Source of the DNA: an uncultured virus (IMG/VR IMGVR_UViG_3300032093_000023)
Taxonomy: Duplodnaviria > Heunggongvirae > Uroviricota > Caudoviricetes
Length of the DNA: 64,000 nt
Strand: one strand, 5' to 3'
IMG/VR virus record: IMGVR_UViG_3300032093_000023
Below, in pieces: positions 31,018 through 40,878 of the stretch (its first letter is position 1; the number at the start of each line of letters is the position of its first letter). Made by a program: the position numbers and the translations under genes. The notes beneath the pieces are model-generated. The model was not told the DNA's origin and did not search any database. It saw only the letters and a list, made by a program, of their open reading frames with translations.

Positions 31018-31051
31018 ACTATTTTTTTTTAATTGTTTATAATTTGCTAAG

Positions 31052-31582
31052 TTAGCATTTATTTTCGTTACTTGTACTTTTATTTTCAGATTTATTTGAC
31101 ATTAAATCTTTAATACTTGTAACGTACTCGTAAGGAATGTTAAACGTAAATATATATAATTTAACTTTTAATTTGCATTTAACTTTTAGTATAACTTTTT
31201 CTGGACTAAATACAAAGTTTTGAGCCAACGTTCCCACAGTTCCTAATAATTTACTAGGATTAAACAATACGTTAACTGATAATTCAGAAATTGATTTAGG
31301 TGATATAACTTGTAATTTAGGATTAGATACTTGAGCTATTTCCTTGTCATTTAAGTATGCTACATAATCTTGAGAAATAATTTCAATTTTTAAATCGCTA
31401 TTATTTTTAAAGTTAAGAAACAAATTAAAATCTGCTTTATTTAAACTTAGACTATTTATTTTAACGTTTTTAATAGATATACAATAGTTCATTAATTTTT
31501 TGTACTGTAAATATATGGCAGCACCAGTAATTGTTACTAATGCTATTACTCCTGCTATATAGTGTTTTTTTTCTAATTTCAT
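31052..31582 (-). CDS. LEA_2/WHy-like domain membrane protein
   Basis: N-terminal TM, then beta strands with FKNNSDLKIEI...YLNDKEIA...ISPKSISEL. Confidence 0.65.
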   Translation of the reverse strand: MKLEKKHYIAGVIALVTITGAAIYLQYKKLMNYCISIKNVKINSLSLNKADFNLFLNFKNNSDLKIEIISQDYVAYLNDKEIAQVSNPKLQVISPKSISELSVNVLFNPSKLLGTVGTLAQNFVFSPEKVILKVKCKLKVKLYIFTFNIPYEYVTSIKDLMSNKSENKSTSNENKC

Positions 31583-31583
31583 G

Positions 31584-31694
31584 TTACTGATTGTATTTTT
31601 TTTTTAGTAATTTATATGAATAGTATTGTAAAGCAATTCCACCAATTAACACTAATGTCATGCAAACAAGTAATTGTTTTTCTGATTTATCCAT
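31584..31694 (-). CDS. 36-aa single-TM peptide
   Basis: Hand-translated MDKSEKQLLVCMTLVLIGGIALQYYSYKLLKKKYNQ; fills the intergenic gap with a TAATG overlap. Confidence 0.7.
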   Translation of the reverse strand: MDKSEKQLLVCMTLVLIGGIALQYYSYKLLKKKYNQ

Positions 31695-32158
31695 TATTTT
31701 GCCTTTTTATTTCTTAAAATTAAAAATGTAACAATTCCAGCTATTAATAACACTCCTGCTCCAATACCAACATACAAACCTGTTTTAGATTTAGGTTTTT
31801 CTGTTTGAGAGCCTGATTTTAAAGCTTCTGCCATTGCTAAATCTGCTGGGTCTGTTTTACCTAATTGACCTGCTGCAATTTTTTGAGAGTCTGCTTGTGT
31901 CATTTTAGCCGAAGTTCTTTGTTCTCTAGCAACTGCTTTTGATGCAGCTTGAACATCACGTCTGTTTTGACGCTGTTTTTGAACTGCTCTTCTATGCTTA
32001 AAATATCTTTTTAATCCTCCTGCTTCTGAAAATTCAGCATCAAAAGAACTAGAGCTTTCGTTTTCTGCATCAAAAAAAGAGCTTGGGTCTTCTTCAATTA
32101 CGTTGTATTGAGTTGTTGGGTTTTGGTTACTTCTTTGAGTTATTAAATCTACTTTCAT
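31694..32158 (-). CDS. Tail-anchored membrane protein with acidic leader and basic segment
   Basis: SSFDAEFSEAGG, then an Arg/Lys-rich helix; C-terminal TM followed by RNKKAK. Confidence 0.75.
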   Translation of the reverse strand: MKVDLITQRSNQNPTTQYNVIEEDPSSFFDAENESSSSFDAEFSEAGGLKRYFKHRRAVQKQRQNRRDVQAASKAVAREQRTSAKMTQADSQKIAAGQLGKTDPADLAMAEALKSGSQTEKPKSKTGLYVGIGAGVLLIAGIVTFLILRNKKAK

Positions 32159-32159
32159 T

Positions 32160-32867
32160 TTATTTGTTTTTAATTATTAGTTTATATCCGACATAAGCTG
32201 TTAATGCTATTGCTATTGTTAATGCAGCTACCTTATAGGGATTTTTTTTTACTACCTCTTTGGCTGATATTGCTGCATTTTCTATTGACTTTCCTATTAA
32301 TGTATAAGAATATGTTTTTAAAGCATCTAACCTATTTAACCAACCCTTTGTATATACAGGTTGATTTAATCCTATAAGAAATTGTTTTTTTTGTTCGGTT
32401 AATTCATCAAATAATTGCTTCTCTCCTAATTTATCTGTCAAGTTATTTAAGTGAACATAAAGACCTTTTAAATCTGAAATATTCCAATCAATTCCTTTTG
32501 ATTTTAAATAATTTTTAATTCTATTTCTCCATCCGTAACCGCTTCCCCATTGCCAAGAAAACATTAAATTAGCTACTGCTTGACTTTTTACGTTATCTAA
32601 GTTTATTATATCCCAATAACCGTTTTTAGCAATTTTTAACCAAATATCTTCTGGCATTGTTAAAAAGTTAGTAGCATTATCTTGATAACCTAACTTTGGG
32701 GCTAATGATTTAAAAGCTGCATAAGTAACACCTTTATTTGTATGCCATCCTTTAACCCCTTTATATTCATAAGGGCTTGGATTTTTAGATGCGCTATCTG
32801 TTGTAGCTCTACTTAATCCACCCTCCCATTTGTAAGTAAATGGTATTATTTCTTTTATGTTTGCCAT
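32160..32867 (-). CDS. GH108-family lysozyme with C-terminal membrane anchor
   Basis: KWEGG, TNKGVT, GYW, WGSG and KGWLNR motifs; C-terminal TM VAALTIAIALTAYVGY. Confidence 0.8.
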   Translation of the reverse strand: MANIKEIIPFTYKWEGGLSRATTDSASKNPSPYEYKGVKGWHTNKGVTYAAFKSLAPKLGYQDNATNFLTMPEDIWLKIAKNGYWDIINLDNVKSQAVANLMFSWQWGSGYGWRNRIKNYLKSKGIDWNISDLKGLYVHLNNLTDKLGEKQLFDELTEQKKQFLIGLNQPVYTKGWLNRLDALKTYSYTLIGKSIENAAISAKEVVKKNPYKVAALTIAIALTAYVGYKLIIKNK

Positions 32868-33553
32868 TACGCTAAAATATTTAAGTTACTACTAAGTGTT
32901 TTATAAAATTTACCTTGTGAGCCGCTAAACGTAACCCAATAACCGCTTGTTGTTGGTGTAATTTTAGCTACTTTACCTAAAGCCATGATTTTTGTTACAG
33001 GTGCAATTTTTGTAAATACATTATCAGCTACATTTCCATCAAATATATCTGCTCCTGCATATTTAGAATAAACTACTTTACCAATAGGATTACCATTTGA
33101 TTTTATATAAGCGTTTAAATCTTGCATTTTAACGTTAACTACTTTCTCATATTCTAAACCGTATTTATTCCATGCCAAAGTTGTATTTTTACCGTAAATT
33201 CCATCTTCTACTAAAGAAGCACCTTTTATTTTATTAGCCCATTTTTGAAAGCTTAATGTATCTTTTGGTTGGCTTTTAATAACGTGTAATGGATTTGTAT
33301 TTGTAGAAATAGTTTGTTCCACTTTTGGCGAACTTAATCCTTTTGATGGGTCAGAAGAACTTGGAGTATTTGAATTTTCAGAAACAGACTCTCCACTAGG
33401 TAAGCCTAATTCTTTTTTCTTTTTATCATGCAAATACCAAATATAAATACCGATACCTGCTGCTACTAATAATGATACACCAATGATTAAACCTTTTTTA
33501 GATTTAGGTGATACAATTACTCGCTTATAATTTTTTATTACTGTTACTGCCAT
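32867..33553 (-). CDS. Membrane protein with peptidoglycan-binding-like domain
   Basis: N-terminal TM, Ser/Pro linker and FQKWAN...LVEDGIYGKNTTLAW. Confidence 0.65.
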   Translation of the reverse strand: MAVTVIKNYKRVIVSPKSKKGLIIGVSLLVAAGIGIYIWYLHDKKKKELGLPSGESVSENSNTPSSSDPSKGLSSPKVEQTISTNTNPLHVIKSQPKDTLSFQKWANKIKGASLVEDGIYGKNTTLAWNKYGLEYEKVVNVKMQDLNAYIKSNGNPIGKVVYSKYAGADIFDGNVADNVFTKIAPVTKIMALGKVAKITPTTSGYWVTFSGSQGKFYKTLSSNLNILA

Positions 33554-33557
33554 GTCG

Positions 33558-33767
33558 TTATTTTACTAATGATGCTGTTGGTATTCCTTTTTTTGCTTTT
33601 AAATATGATTCTAAATTAGCTCCACTTAAACTACCAACCACCATAAATGGAATGACAGTTAATTGTTTTTCGTATCCTAATTTTTTAGCTAATAAATATC
33701 CTGCGGCAATACCTAAAGCTGTGCCGATTAAATTATTCTTATATGTTGTTGTTAATTTATCTATCAT
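33558..33767 (-). CDS. Small two-TM glycine-zipper protein
   Basis: LIGTALGIAAG...VVGSLSG. Confidence 0.7.
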   Translation of the reverse strand: MIDKLTTTYKNNLIGTALGIAAGYLLAKKLGYEKQLTVIPFMVVGSLSGANLESYLKAKKGIPTASLVK

Positions 33768-33768
33768 T

Positions 33769-34392
33769 TTATTTAGTTTTTAATTGTTTTTCTAATGTGT
33801 TCCAAATTTTAGCTTGTTCAGATATTACTACGTCATAATTTGGTAAATCTTGCAAAAGTCCCATTACGGCATTCCATCCATTACCTGCTCCTTTATACAA
33901 AACTTCCTCTCCTTCAATATCTTTCCAAAGGTCTTTTTTGTACAAAGATTTATATATAGAATTAACTAATATAAAAGCACCATTCGTTCCTATTCTTCTG
34001 AAATTTCTATCAAACTTAATTTTATCAGTTCCAACTCTATTTATAGCAGAGTACAATTCATTTGCAATATTTACAGCTATATCAATAGCGGATTTACGTT
34101 GTGTAGCATTTCCTAAATTGTACCATTTACCATCTAGGGCAACTAATGAAACTTTGTATTGTTTTAAACTATCTAAATTTAAACTACTAGCGTTTTTAGC
34201 AACATCTACATTTATATTAGATAATTCATTTTGCGCTCCAACTGTATTTTCTTTTACCAATCCATTAATATATTCTAATATTAAAGCACTATTACGCTTA
34301 TTAACGTGTCGTTTATATATTAAATAACCAATACCACCAGCGGCTACCAATAAACTTACTCCTAAAACTATTTTTTTATTTTTTGTTGTCAT
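33769..34392 (-). CDS. Membrane-anchored annexin-repeat-like protein
   Basis: N-terminal TM; ANELYSAINRVGTD...IYKSLYKKDLWKDIEGE resembles the annexin repeat. Confidence 0.6.
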   Translation of the reverse strand: MTTKNKKIVLGVSLLVAAGGIGYLIYKRHVNKRNSALILEYINGLVKENTVGAQNELSNINVDVAKNASSLNLDSLKQYKVSLVALDGKWYNLGNATQRKSAIDIAVNIANELYSAINRVGTDKIKFDRNFRRIGTNGAFILVNSIYKSLYKKDLWKDIEGEEVLYKGAGNGWNAVMGLLQDLPNYDVVISEQAKIWNTLEKQLKTK

Positions 34393-34393
34393 T

Positions 34394-34840
34394 TTATTTT
34401 CCTCCCATCATTTTTAAAGCTCTACCTTGTGGCGTTGCGTACATTAAATTACTTGGTTTTTTAATCACACTATAAATGGCAGCTCCTACAGCTACTAATA
34501 CAACTCCACCAACAACAAATGTAACAATTTTACCAGCCTTAAATATTCCGCTAATTGTATCTGTTATTCCTCCACCTAAATCTACAGCTTTATCAATAAG
34601 TCCTTCTGCTAAATCAACATTATATTTGTCTTTCATGTAGCTTCTTAGTTGTAAAGTACGAGCAGTAGATGTACCACGTTTACCCCAAAGACTTAAAAAC
34701 ATTGATACTGATGTAGCTCTGTCAAAGTCTTTATCTAAGGCTTTCATCCAATTAATCCATTCAATATCCACACTTTTTAAAGTTGGTAATAATTGAAATG
34801 CTTTTGTTTTTTTTATTTTTTCTAAGTTTTCTGTTGTCAT
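34394..34840 (-). CDS. Membrane protein, C-proximal TM
   Basis: IVTFVVGGVVLVAVGAAIY followed by KK. Confidence 0.7.
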   Translation of the reverse strand: MTTENLEKIKKTKAFQLLPTLKSVDIEWINWMKALDKDFDRATSVSMFLSLWGKRGTSTARTLQLRSYMKDKYNVDLAEGLIDKAVDLGGGITDTISGIFKAGKIVTFVVGGVVLVAVGAAIYSVIKKPSNLMYATPQGRALKMMGGK

Positions 34841-34852
34841 ATTATTTTTTTT

Positions 34853-35911
34853 TTAATTTATAAATCCAGTTAATCCTTCTAAGTTTATATAAAATCCGCC
34901 TAATGAATTTATATCATGCGCATTAACCGAGAATGGATTGTTTAATCCTGCATTTGGTATTGTAAAAGGGCTATCATCATTACTGTCAATATAATTATTT
35001 ACATTAACTCCTGATGTTGCCCTGCTAATTAATAACGCTAATGGGTCATTTCCGAATTTTGGACTATTATTAAATCCACCAACCTCTTCATTATAAGGAG
35101 AGAAAACACATAATGCACCTTTTCCAAGACCAAAAGAACTATTTAAAAAAGTCGATTCAGAGCTAATTCTCAACTGTACAAATGACCTATAAAGAACTAA
35201 AGGACTACCTGTACCTGCATTATACCTCCTTGTTGCAATTACATTTGAAAAAACTATATCTCTCGAAATAGGCGTTGCATTTATAGGAAAATTCCTTGAT
35301 GTAGTTGGATTTGGCGTTAAAAATATACCTTGCCTTCCACCTGTAATTCCACCAAAACTACTATCCCCATTTGAGTTAGTAACAATAGATATATTATTTC
35401 CACTCGTGTCTAATGCTGCTGATGTTAATCCTAAATAACTATTTCCATAAGTAATAAAGTTAGGAGATGCGCTTCCGTCTAATGGTATAAATAAAGTGCC
35501 TCTTAAAGATATTCTATTTCCATCAATTGAATATTGTGGCATAATTCCAGCCGAATTAGCAGCGGCATAGTTATAGTAAGACAAGTTTTGTATATCATTC
35601 CATGTAGTATCACCGTTATAAGTTCCGACTAATATAAGAAATTTATTTGATGGTAAATCGTACATCAATTGATACCATCCATTTGATAATAACTGCCCAA
35701 TATTTAATGCAGAACCATCATTTCTGCAAATAACACCAGCTCCTATTGAATTTAAGTTTAAAGTTGGCGTTGTTGTTGTATTTGTAGAGGGAAATTTAAC
35801 TAAATATATACCATTATTAGAATATTGGTCATATAAAACATCTAATACGCCAATGTACGAATCATTTACATTAGTTAAAATACTTTTTCCTTTTATAATA
35901 TTATTATTCAT
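34853..35911 (-). CDS. Fibre/receptor-binding-like protein
   Basis: Fibre-type N-terminal module (PTLNLNSIGA...GQLLSNGWYQLMYD); beta-rich. Confidence 0.55.
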   Translation of the reverse strand: MNNNIIKGKSILTNVNDSYIGVLDVLYDQYSNNGIYLVKFPSTNTTTTPTLNLNSIGAGVICRNDGSALNIGQLLSNGWYQLMYDLPSNKFLILVGTYNGDTTWNDIQNLSYYNYAAANSAGIMPQYSIDGNRISLRGTLFIPLDGSASPNFITYGNSYLGLTSAALDTSGNNISIVTNSNGDSSFGGITGGRQGIFLTPNPTTSRNFPINATPISRDIVFSNVIATRRYNAGTGSPLVLYRSFVQLRISSESTFLNSSFGLGKGALCVFSPYNEEVGGFNNSPKFGNDPLALLISRATSGVNVNNYIDSNDDSPFTIPNAGLNNPFSVNAHDINSLGGFYINLEGLTGFIN

Positions 35912-35912
35912 T

Positions 35913-37184
35913 TTAGTAAGGTAATGTAGGGTCTATTTGCAATGTGTTTATATATGTATTTAATGTTCCATTTTCTAATGTAGGAGTATTTGCAATATTA
36001 GAATGTATATAATAAACAGATAAATTACATCCAGTGAAAACCTCAATACTGCTTCCGTTTTGAGAATATATAGTTGTATTATATAATTTTAAAATACCAT
36101 TTTGACTTAATGACGTTCTTCCACTTGTAATAGCTGAATTACACGCTATTTCTCCATTGTCTATTTTAGTCCTTACTTGACAATTATTTAATATTAATGT
36201 TTGCGAAACAGTAGTTGCAAAATCTATAGTAGGACTTAATCCTCCTAAATATGTATCTATATTAGCACCAAAAACCTCTAAAATACATCTTGATTCGCCC
36301 TCACTAGCCGCCATATTAATAGCATTATGAAATGCCTGTAATGTTGATTTTGCCTGTATATTATTGCATATTATTTTACAATAACCACCAGTTATAGCGA
36401 TAGTATCATTAATTGAATTACTTATTAAGTCACAATTTATAAGAATGTTATTGTTTGATTTATTGATAATAATAGCTTGTCCAAAAGCTCCTCCATAATT
36501 AGTTCTTTCTATTTTAGAAGACCCATATATTATATTATGCCATAAACCATCGCTAATTGATTCAAAACTAACGTTATTATCAGAAATACATCCATTTATA
36601 ATACTATTACCTAAGTATAAATCAATATATTGTTTTAAATTAATATCTTCTTCATAATATCCATCCTCAACTATTACCTGACATCTTTCATTTTCTGTTC
36701 TTGTAGAATAATATGTATCTAATGCTGAAATCGCAGCGTTTATAGTTAAAAATGGAGCGTCAAATCGTTCTACTAATCCAGTTGAATCGTTACCGTTTTT
36801 CATTACATAAGCAGTATTTTTAACAGTAATAGGAACACTTATAATGCTAGGAGAAACAAAAGAAGCTGAATAATCTAAATTACTACTAACAACAACATAA
36901 GCACTTATTGAATTTTGATTTAAAATAATACTTTGTTGGTTATTTATTTTAAATCCTGTTGGTGCAACTATTGTAATATTATTTGTAGCACAATTACCGC
37001 TTAAATCTTTAATATAAAGTGTATATAATGTACTCCAATAATCGGCAGGAATTTCCTGTAAATTAATAGTACAAGCAATGGAAGATGTATCGACATTTAA
37101 CAAAACATCGCTATTACTTACCATAACGTTTCCGCTAACCGTACGTTCATTATTCCTATATTTTGTACTTGGTAAAACTCCCAT
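35913..37184 (-). CDS. Spike with beta-helix (pectate-lyase-like) C-terminal region
   Basis: N-domain paralogous to 29199-30734; AYVMKNGNDSTG...PFLTINAAI then Ile/Asn/Cys-rich repeats. Confidence 0.6.
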   Translation of the reverse strand: MGVLPSTKYRNNERTVSGNVMVSNSDVLLNVDTSSIACTINLQEIPADYWSTLYTLYIKDLSGNCATNNITIVAPTGFKINNQQSIILNQNSISAYVVVSSNLDYSASFVSPSIISVPITVKNTAYVMKNGNDSTGLVERFDAPFLTINAAISALDTYYSTRTENERCQVIVEDGYYEEDINLKQYIDLYLGNSIINGCISDNNVSFESISDGLWHNIIYGSSKIERTNYGGAFGQAIIINKSNNNILINCDLISNSINDTIAITGGYCKIICNNIQAKSTLQAFHNAINMAASEGESRCILEVFGANIDTYLGGLSPTIDFATTVSQTLILNNCQVRTKIDNGEIACNSAITSGRTSLSQNGILKLYNTTIYSQNGSSIEVFTGCNLSVYYIHSNIANTPTLENGTLNTYINTLQIDPTLPY

Positions 37185-38296
37185 TAGAATATCATTTTAT
37201 TATCTCTTAATTCTTTATAAAAATACTTTTTCAACATTTTTTGTTCATAGTAAAAAGCTATAGAAACAGTACAGCCAGCTAAAATAGTGTATCTTAAAAT
37301 ATCCATCCCATCAGGAACGTAAGGTCTATTTAATTCCCTTTCAAAATTAAAAGCAATTATATTGCTTTGAAATTGAAATTTATCCAATAACTGTGGGATA
37401 TTAATTGGTGATGTATATGTAAATGCTCTTAAATCTTTTTGAGTTATCCCAAAATTAATATCCCTTTGAGCAAACAATATATTATTATTTGGAGCTGTAA
37501 TTGTAACTCTTGAATTAATAATTTTAGTTGGATTACTCATCATGTGAGATAAAACATCTGTATATTGTACACCGTCAACACCTTGCCCTGCTACCGAAAT
37601 TTTATCATTTATATTTTGACTTGTTGCTTGGTAATAATCTAAAGGAGTGCTAGGGTTAAATAACTCTACTGTATAATCTATATCGCTATTATTATTTATG
37701 ATAAATACTAATTCCTTTAATTTTTTACCATTGCAATATCCTATGTTTTTTAAATCAGTTTCTCCACAATCAGCATTACCTAAAATGAATTTATTAACCC
37801 CTTGAATAATAACATCCCTATCTCTAGGTATAATTACATTACTTAAAGGATTTTTAGCTTTACTGTGAATAGTTGCCTTATCTTTTACGCCCCACTCTTT
37901 ATGTAGCTTTAAAGAATTAATTATTTTCTTTTTAGGCGTCCTTTTGTTTTGATTTACAGAATTTTTATTTTGCTTACTCTCAAAAAAGTTTTGGTTTTGT
38001 TTTCGAGAATCGCCCTCAACGATTACGCTTCTATTACTTGGAACAATAACTTTATTTATACGTTCTTCATTTTTAGAGTGTTGTCTGTTTAAGCTTTTCA
38101 AAGAACTTTTAAAATCTCCAGTTAAATTACTGAAATCAATCCCTTCTAATTCATCAATAATTATAGTGCCTTCGCTTCTCTCTCCTTCTTTTTCATCAGG
38201 ATAATCACTTTCGTAATAATCGTCAAAATCGTAATAATAGGAGTCGTCTTCTGCAAAAACGCCATTAATATCGTCTATTATTTCTTCCTCGTTCAT
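37184..38296 (-). CDS. Minor/second capsid protein candidate, paralogue of 43546-44286
   Basis: C-terminal ~160 aa aligns by eye with the 246-aa protein (SPxN...LDxxQFQ...DG...LxxTxxA...IxxY); acidic N-terminus. Confidence 0.55.
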   Translation of the reverse strand: MNEEEIIDDINGVFAEDDSYYYDFDDYYESDYPDEKEGERSEGTIIIDELEGIDFSNLTGDFKSSLKSLNRQHSKNEERINKVIVPSNRSVIVEGDSRKQNQNFFESKQNKNSVNQNKRTPKKKIINSLKLHKEWGVKDKATIHSKAKNPLSNVIIPRDRDVIIQGVNKFILGNADCGETDLKNIGYCNGKKLKELVFIINNNSDIDYTVELFNPSTPLDYYQATSQNINDKISVAGQGVDGVQYTDVLSHMMSNPTKIINSRVTITAPNNNILFAQRDINFGITQKDLRAFTYTSPINIPQLLDKFQFQSNIIAFNFERELNRPYVPDGMDILRYTILAGCTVSIAFYYEQKMLKKYFYKELRDNKMIF

Positions 38297-38313
38297 AATT
38301 CACAAATATAGTT

Positions 38314-39102
38314 TTATATAAGCTTTTTAGCAAACTCTTCGTTACAAAACTTATCAATATAATCAACAATTTTACGCATACGTTGAATGTTACTGTCTGT
38401 TTGTGCTTTTAAGAAAACGTTAGCAAATACATGAATTGCATCAATTTTACTAAAACCTAATCCTAAATAAATATACAAAGCGTTAATATCAGCTCCAATT
38501 TCATTTGAAATCTCTAATCCCATTGTAGGATTTTTATACTTATGAGAAAATTCATGTAATAAAATAATCATTCTCATAGGTATAGTATATCTATCGAAAT
38601 TCCTTTTACTAACCTCTATAATACCTGTATTGTGACCTATACGAGCTGGTGTATTTAATACAGTTCCACTCATATAGTCTTTAATTACAGGAAAGTATTT
38701 AATTTTAAAATCCTTGTTTTTACTTGCAATCAATTTACCTTTTGGGTCTGCATTTGTAAAACCACAAGTCTGGCTAAACGTTAAAGCTAATTGAACAAAA
38801 TCTCTAGTTTCAGCGTCTGGCCAAACATTGTAAGTGGTTAATGGTTTTTCTTCGATTGTTACATCGAAATCTGTAAAACTTCTGTCATTTAAGTCTTGTA
38901 CTCCAATAATTATTTGACGTGGACTTACAGGAAAGCTAAAAAAAATAGTTCTTTTTCCATCTACTTCAATAGTTCTGTCGGAATATTTACTGTTTACTTT
39001 ATTGTAATCAGAAGAAGCAACCCTAAAAGTTCTTTTACCTTTACAAGTAATTGTTATATCTAATGCTAATTTTCTATTATCGGTATCCCAAACTTTGAAC
39101 AT
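38314..39102 (-). CDS. Zincin metalloprotease (HEXXH...ExxAD)
   Basis: IILLHEFSH (HEFSH at 38542-38556) followed by NEIGADINA, the gluzincin third-ligand motif. Confidence 0.75.
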   Translation of the reverse strand: MFKVWDTDNRKLALDITITCKGKRTFRVASSDYNKVNSKYSDRTIEVDGKRTIFFSFPVSPRQIIIGVQDLNDRSFTDFDVTIEEKPLTTYNVWPDAETRDFVQLALTFSQTCGFTNADPKGKLIASKNKDFKIKYFPVIKDYMSGTVLNTPARIGHNTGIIEVSKRNFDRYTIPMRMIILLHEFSHKYKNPTMGLEISNEIGADINALYIYLGLGFSKIDAIHVFANVFLKAQTDSNIQRMRKIVDYIDKFCNEEFAKKLI

Positions 39103-39124
39103 ATTGTTGTTTTTGTCTTTTTAA

Positions 39125-39229
39125 TTATTTTTTTACTTCTACAGCTTTTTTAGCTTTCATTTTTTTGTACAATAAGTATGCTGCAACTGCTGCACCAATA
39201 CCTAAAACAATTTTCACTTCTTTTGTCAT
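39125..39229 (-). CDS. 34-aa single-TM peptide
   Basis: Hand-translated MTKEVKIVLGIGAAVAAYLLYKKMKAKKAVEVKK; leader AAACAAATACAATG. Confidence 0.75.
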   Translation of the reverse strand: MTKEVKIVLGIGAAVAAYLLYKKMKAKKAVEVKK

Positions 39230-39270
39230 TGTATTTGTTTTTTGTTGTTATGTGCCAATATTGGCGGTTG

Positions 39271-39945
39271 TTATTTTTTATTTTTAGTTGCTATAACTAT
39301 GAATGTAATTAATAAACCTGCTGTTAAAGCTCCTAGTGCTATTTTAACAGGTGTACTCATTGTAGATTTTTTGTCTGTTTCAGTATAAACGGGTTCATCG
39401 CTTGGCAATCCAGAACCATAAGAACCTTCTTGTGTAGTTTGTTGACTTGTACTACCAAATATTCCTCCAAATAAATTATTTAAGATATTACCTCCAATAG
39501 ACGTTAATTTTCCTTTAAATTCTGGATGAGAATTTAACCAATCAGACGCTTTAATCCAAGTTCCTTTTGTTTTATCCCACAACATTCCTTTTTTCTTTTC
39601 GCCTTTTGGAGAAGTTTCTGAAACAGTATTTGGAAGAGGTGGAGTGCTTACAGCAGGGTTTAAAGTTGAAGCGAATTTCTTTCTTGCGTTAAAAAATTCA
39701 GCACCATAGTTAGACCAAGCTATTGATGTTTGTTTGCCAAATGGATAGCGTCCGTAACCTTCTCCTTTATTTAATTTACTCCCATTATTCCAAGTTGGAT
39801 ATTTAACATCTAACCAATCTTGAAAAGTTTTAGTTTCTTTAGAGTTTTCAGGTTTACCCGTTCCGTCAAACCCACTACAACCACAGGCGTTTGAGTAGTC
39901 TGAAACGTTACCATAAATTACCTTTCTTTTTGTCACTATGTCCAT
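39271..39945 (-). CDS. Tail-anchored membrane protein, possible peptidoglycan-binding-like domain
   Basis: YSNACGCSGFDG; FQDWLD...FGKQTSIAW resembles the 32867 protein; C-terminal TM followed by KNKK. Confidence 0.7.
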   Translation of the reverse strand: MDIVTKRKVIYGNVSDYSNACGCSGFDGTGKPENSKETKTFQDWLDVKYPTWNNGSKLNKGEGYGRYPFGKQTSIAWSNYGAEFFNARKKFASTLNPAVSTPPLPNTVSETSPKGEKKKGMLWDKTKGTWIKASDWLNSHPEFKGKLTSIGGNILNNLFGGIFGSTSQQTTQEGSYGSGLPSDEPVYTETDKKSTMSTPVKIALGALTAGLLITFIVIATKNKK

Positions 39946-39946
39946 C

Positions 39947-40462
39947 TTATTTTGTTTTAACGATTTTAATTCCTGTCTTAATATTTTTTCTGTGAGTGTA
40001 ATATGCTCCTAATAAACCGCCTACTAATAACCCAATTAATTTATTTTGGTGCGGTATTTTAGCATCTTCTTGCTCTTTTACCCACCCTTTTTTTTCTGCG
40101 TACCAAACAATAGCAACTCCTATAACTCCACCAATAATAGCCGAATCAATGAATCTTACTTTGTTCGTCTCTTTGCCTAATATTTTATTTTCAACTTGCT
40201 TTTTAATTAAATCGGTTTCGCCATCTGCATTACTAATCATTTCTTTTGTAACTAATTCTTTTACAGCCGAAATAGGAACTACAACAGCCCTCTTATGTAT
40301 AATATAATCAGGGTCTCCGTTTTCTTTAACTTTTAAAGTGCCGCTAATTACTTGTCCTTTTTTAAAAAAAGCGTATTTTACTTGTGAACGCAACTTAGGG
40401 TGTGAACCTCCGCTATAAACTACAGGACTTTTAAAAGATTTTACTACAATATATTTAGCCAT
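39947..40462 (-). CDS. Two-TM membrane protein with soluble beta N-domain
   Basis: ISNADG linker, then IIGGVIG and LIGLLVGGLLG helices. Confidence 0.7.
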   Translation of the reverse strand: MAKYIVVKSFKSPVVYSGGSHPKLRSQVKYAFFKKGQVISGTLKVKENGDPDYIIHKRAVVVPISAVKELVTKEMISNADGETDLIKKQVENKILGKETNKVRFIDSAIIGGVIGVAIVWYAEKKGWVKEQEDAKIPHQNKLIGLLVGGLLGAYYTHRKNIKTGIKIVKTK

Positions 40463-40463
40463 C

Positions 40464-40580
40464 TTATTTACCTTTAATTGTTATTTTATTTTTTTCAGCC
40501 TTAAATTTTTTATATTGGTCATAAGCTAAAATCCCAAATCCAATTAATGCTATTGCTCCGATTATTTTCTTCAAGTCCAT
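40464..40580 (-). CDS. 38-aa single-TM peptide
   Basis: Hand-translated MDLKKIIGAIALIGFGILAYDQYKKFKAEKNKITIKGK; fills the gap exactly. Confidence 0.75.
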   Translation of the reverse strand: MDLKKIIGAIALIGFGILAYDQYKKFKAEKNKITIKGK

Positions 40581-40581
40581 G

Positions 40582-40878
40582 TTATTTATTTTTATTCATT
40601 TTATAAATTACAAATCCAATTATAGATAAAGCAATTACTGAACCTCCTATAATTAAACCTACTTTAAGACCTTTACTCATCCCTTTTGGCTTTGGAGGTA
40701 ATGGAATAGGTGCTGATTGTTGTTGTATAGGTTCTGCTTGTTGCTTATTTGTTAAATTACCCACAAATCCCTTAACTTTACCACTACCAACTAATCCTTT
40801 TGCTTTATTTAAAATGTTATTAAAATCAAAGTTAGAATAGTCGTCTATTATTGGTTTATTTACTGATATAATTTGCAT
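40582..40878 (-). CDS. Tail-anchored membrane protein
   Basis: YSNFD motif, Pro-rich linker, C-terminal TM followed by KMNKNK. Confidence 0.7.
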   Translation of the reverse strand: MQIISVNKPIIDDYSNFDFNNILNKAKGLVGSGKVKGFVGNLTNKQQAEPIQQQSAPIPLPPKPKGMSKGLKVGLIIGGSVIALSIIGFVIYKMNKNK

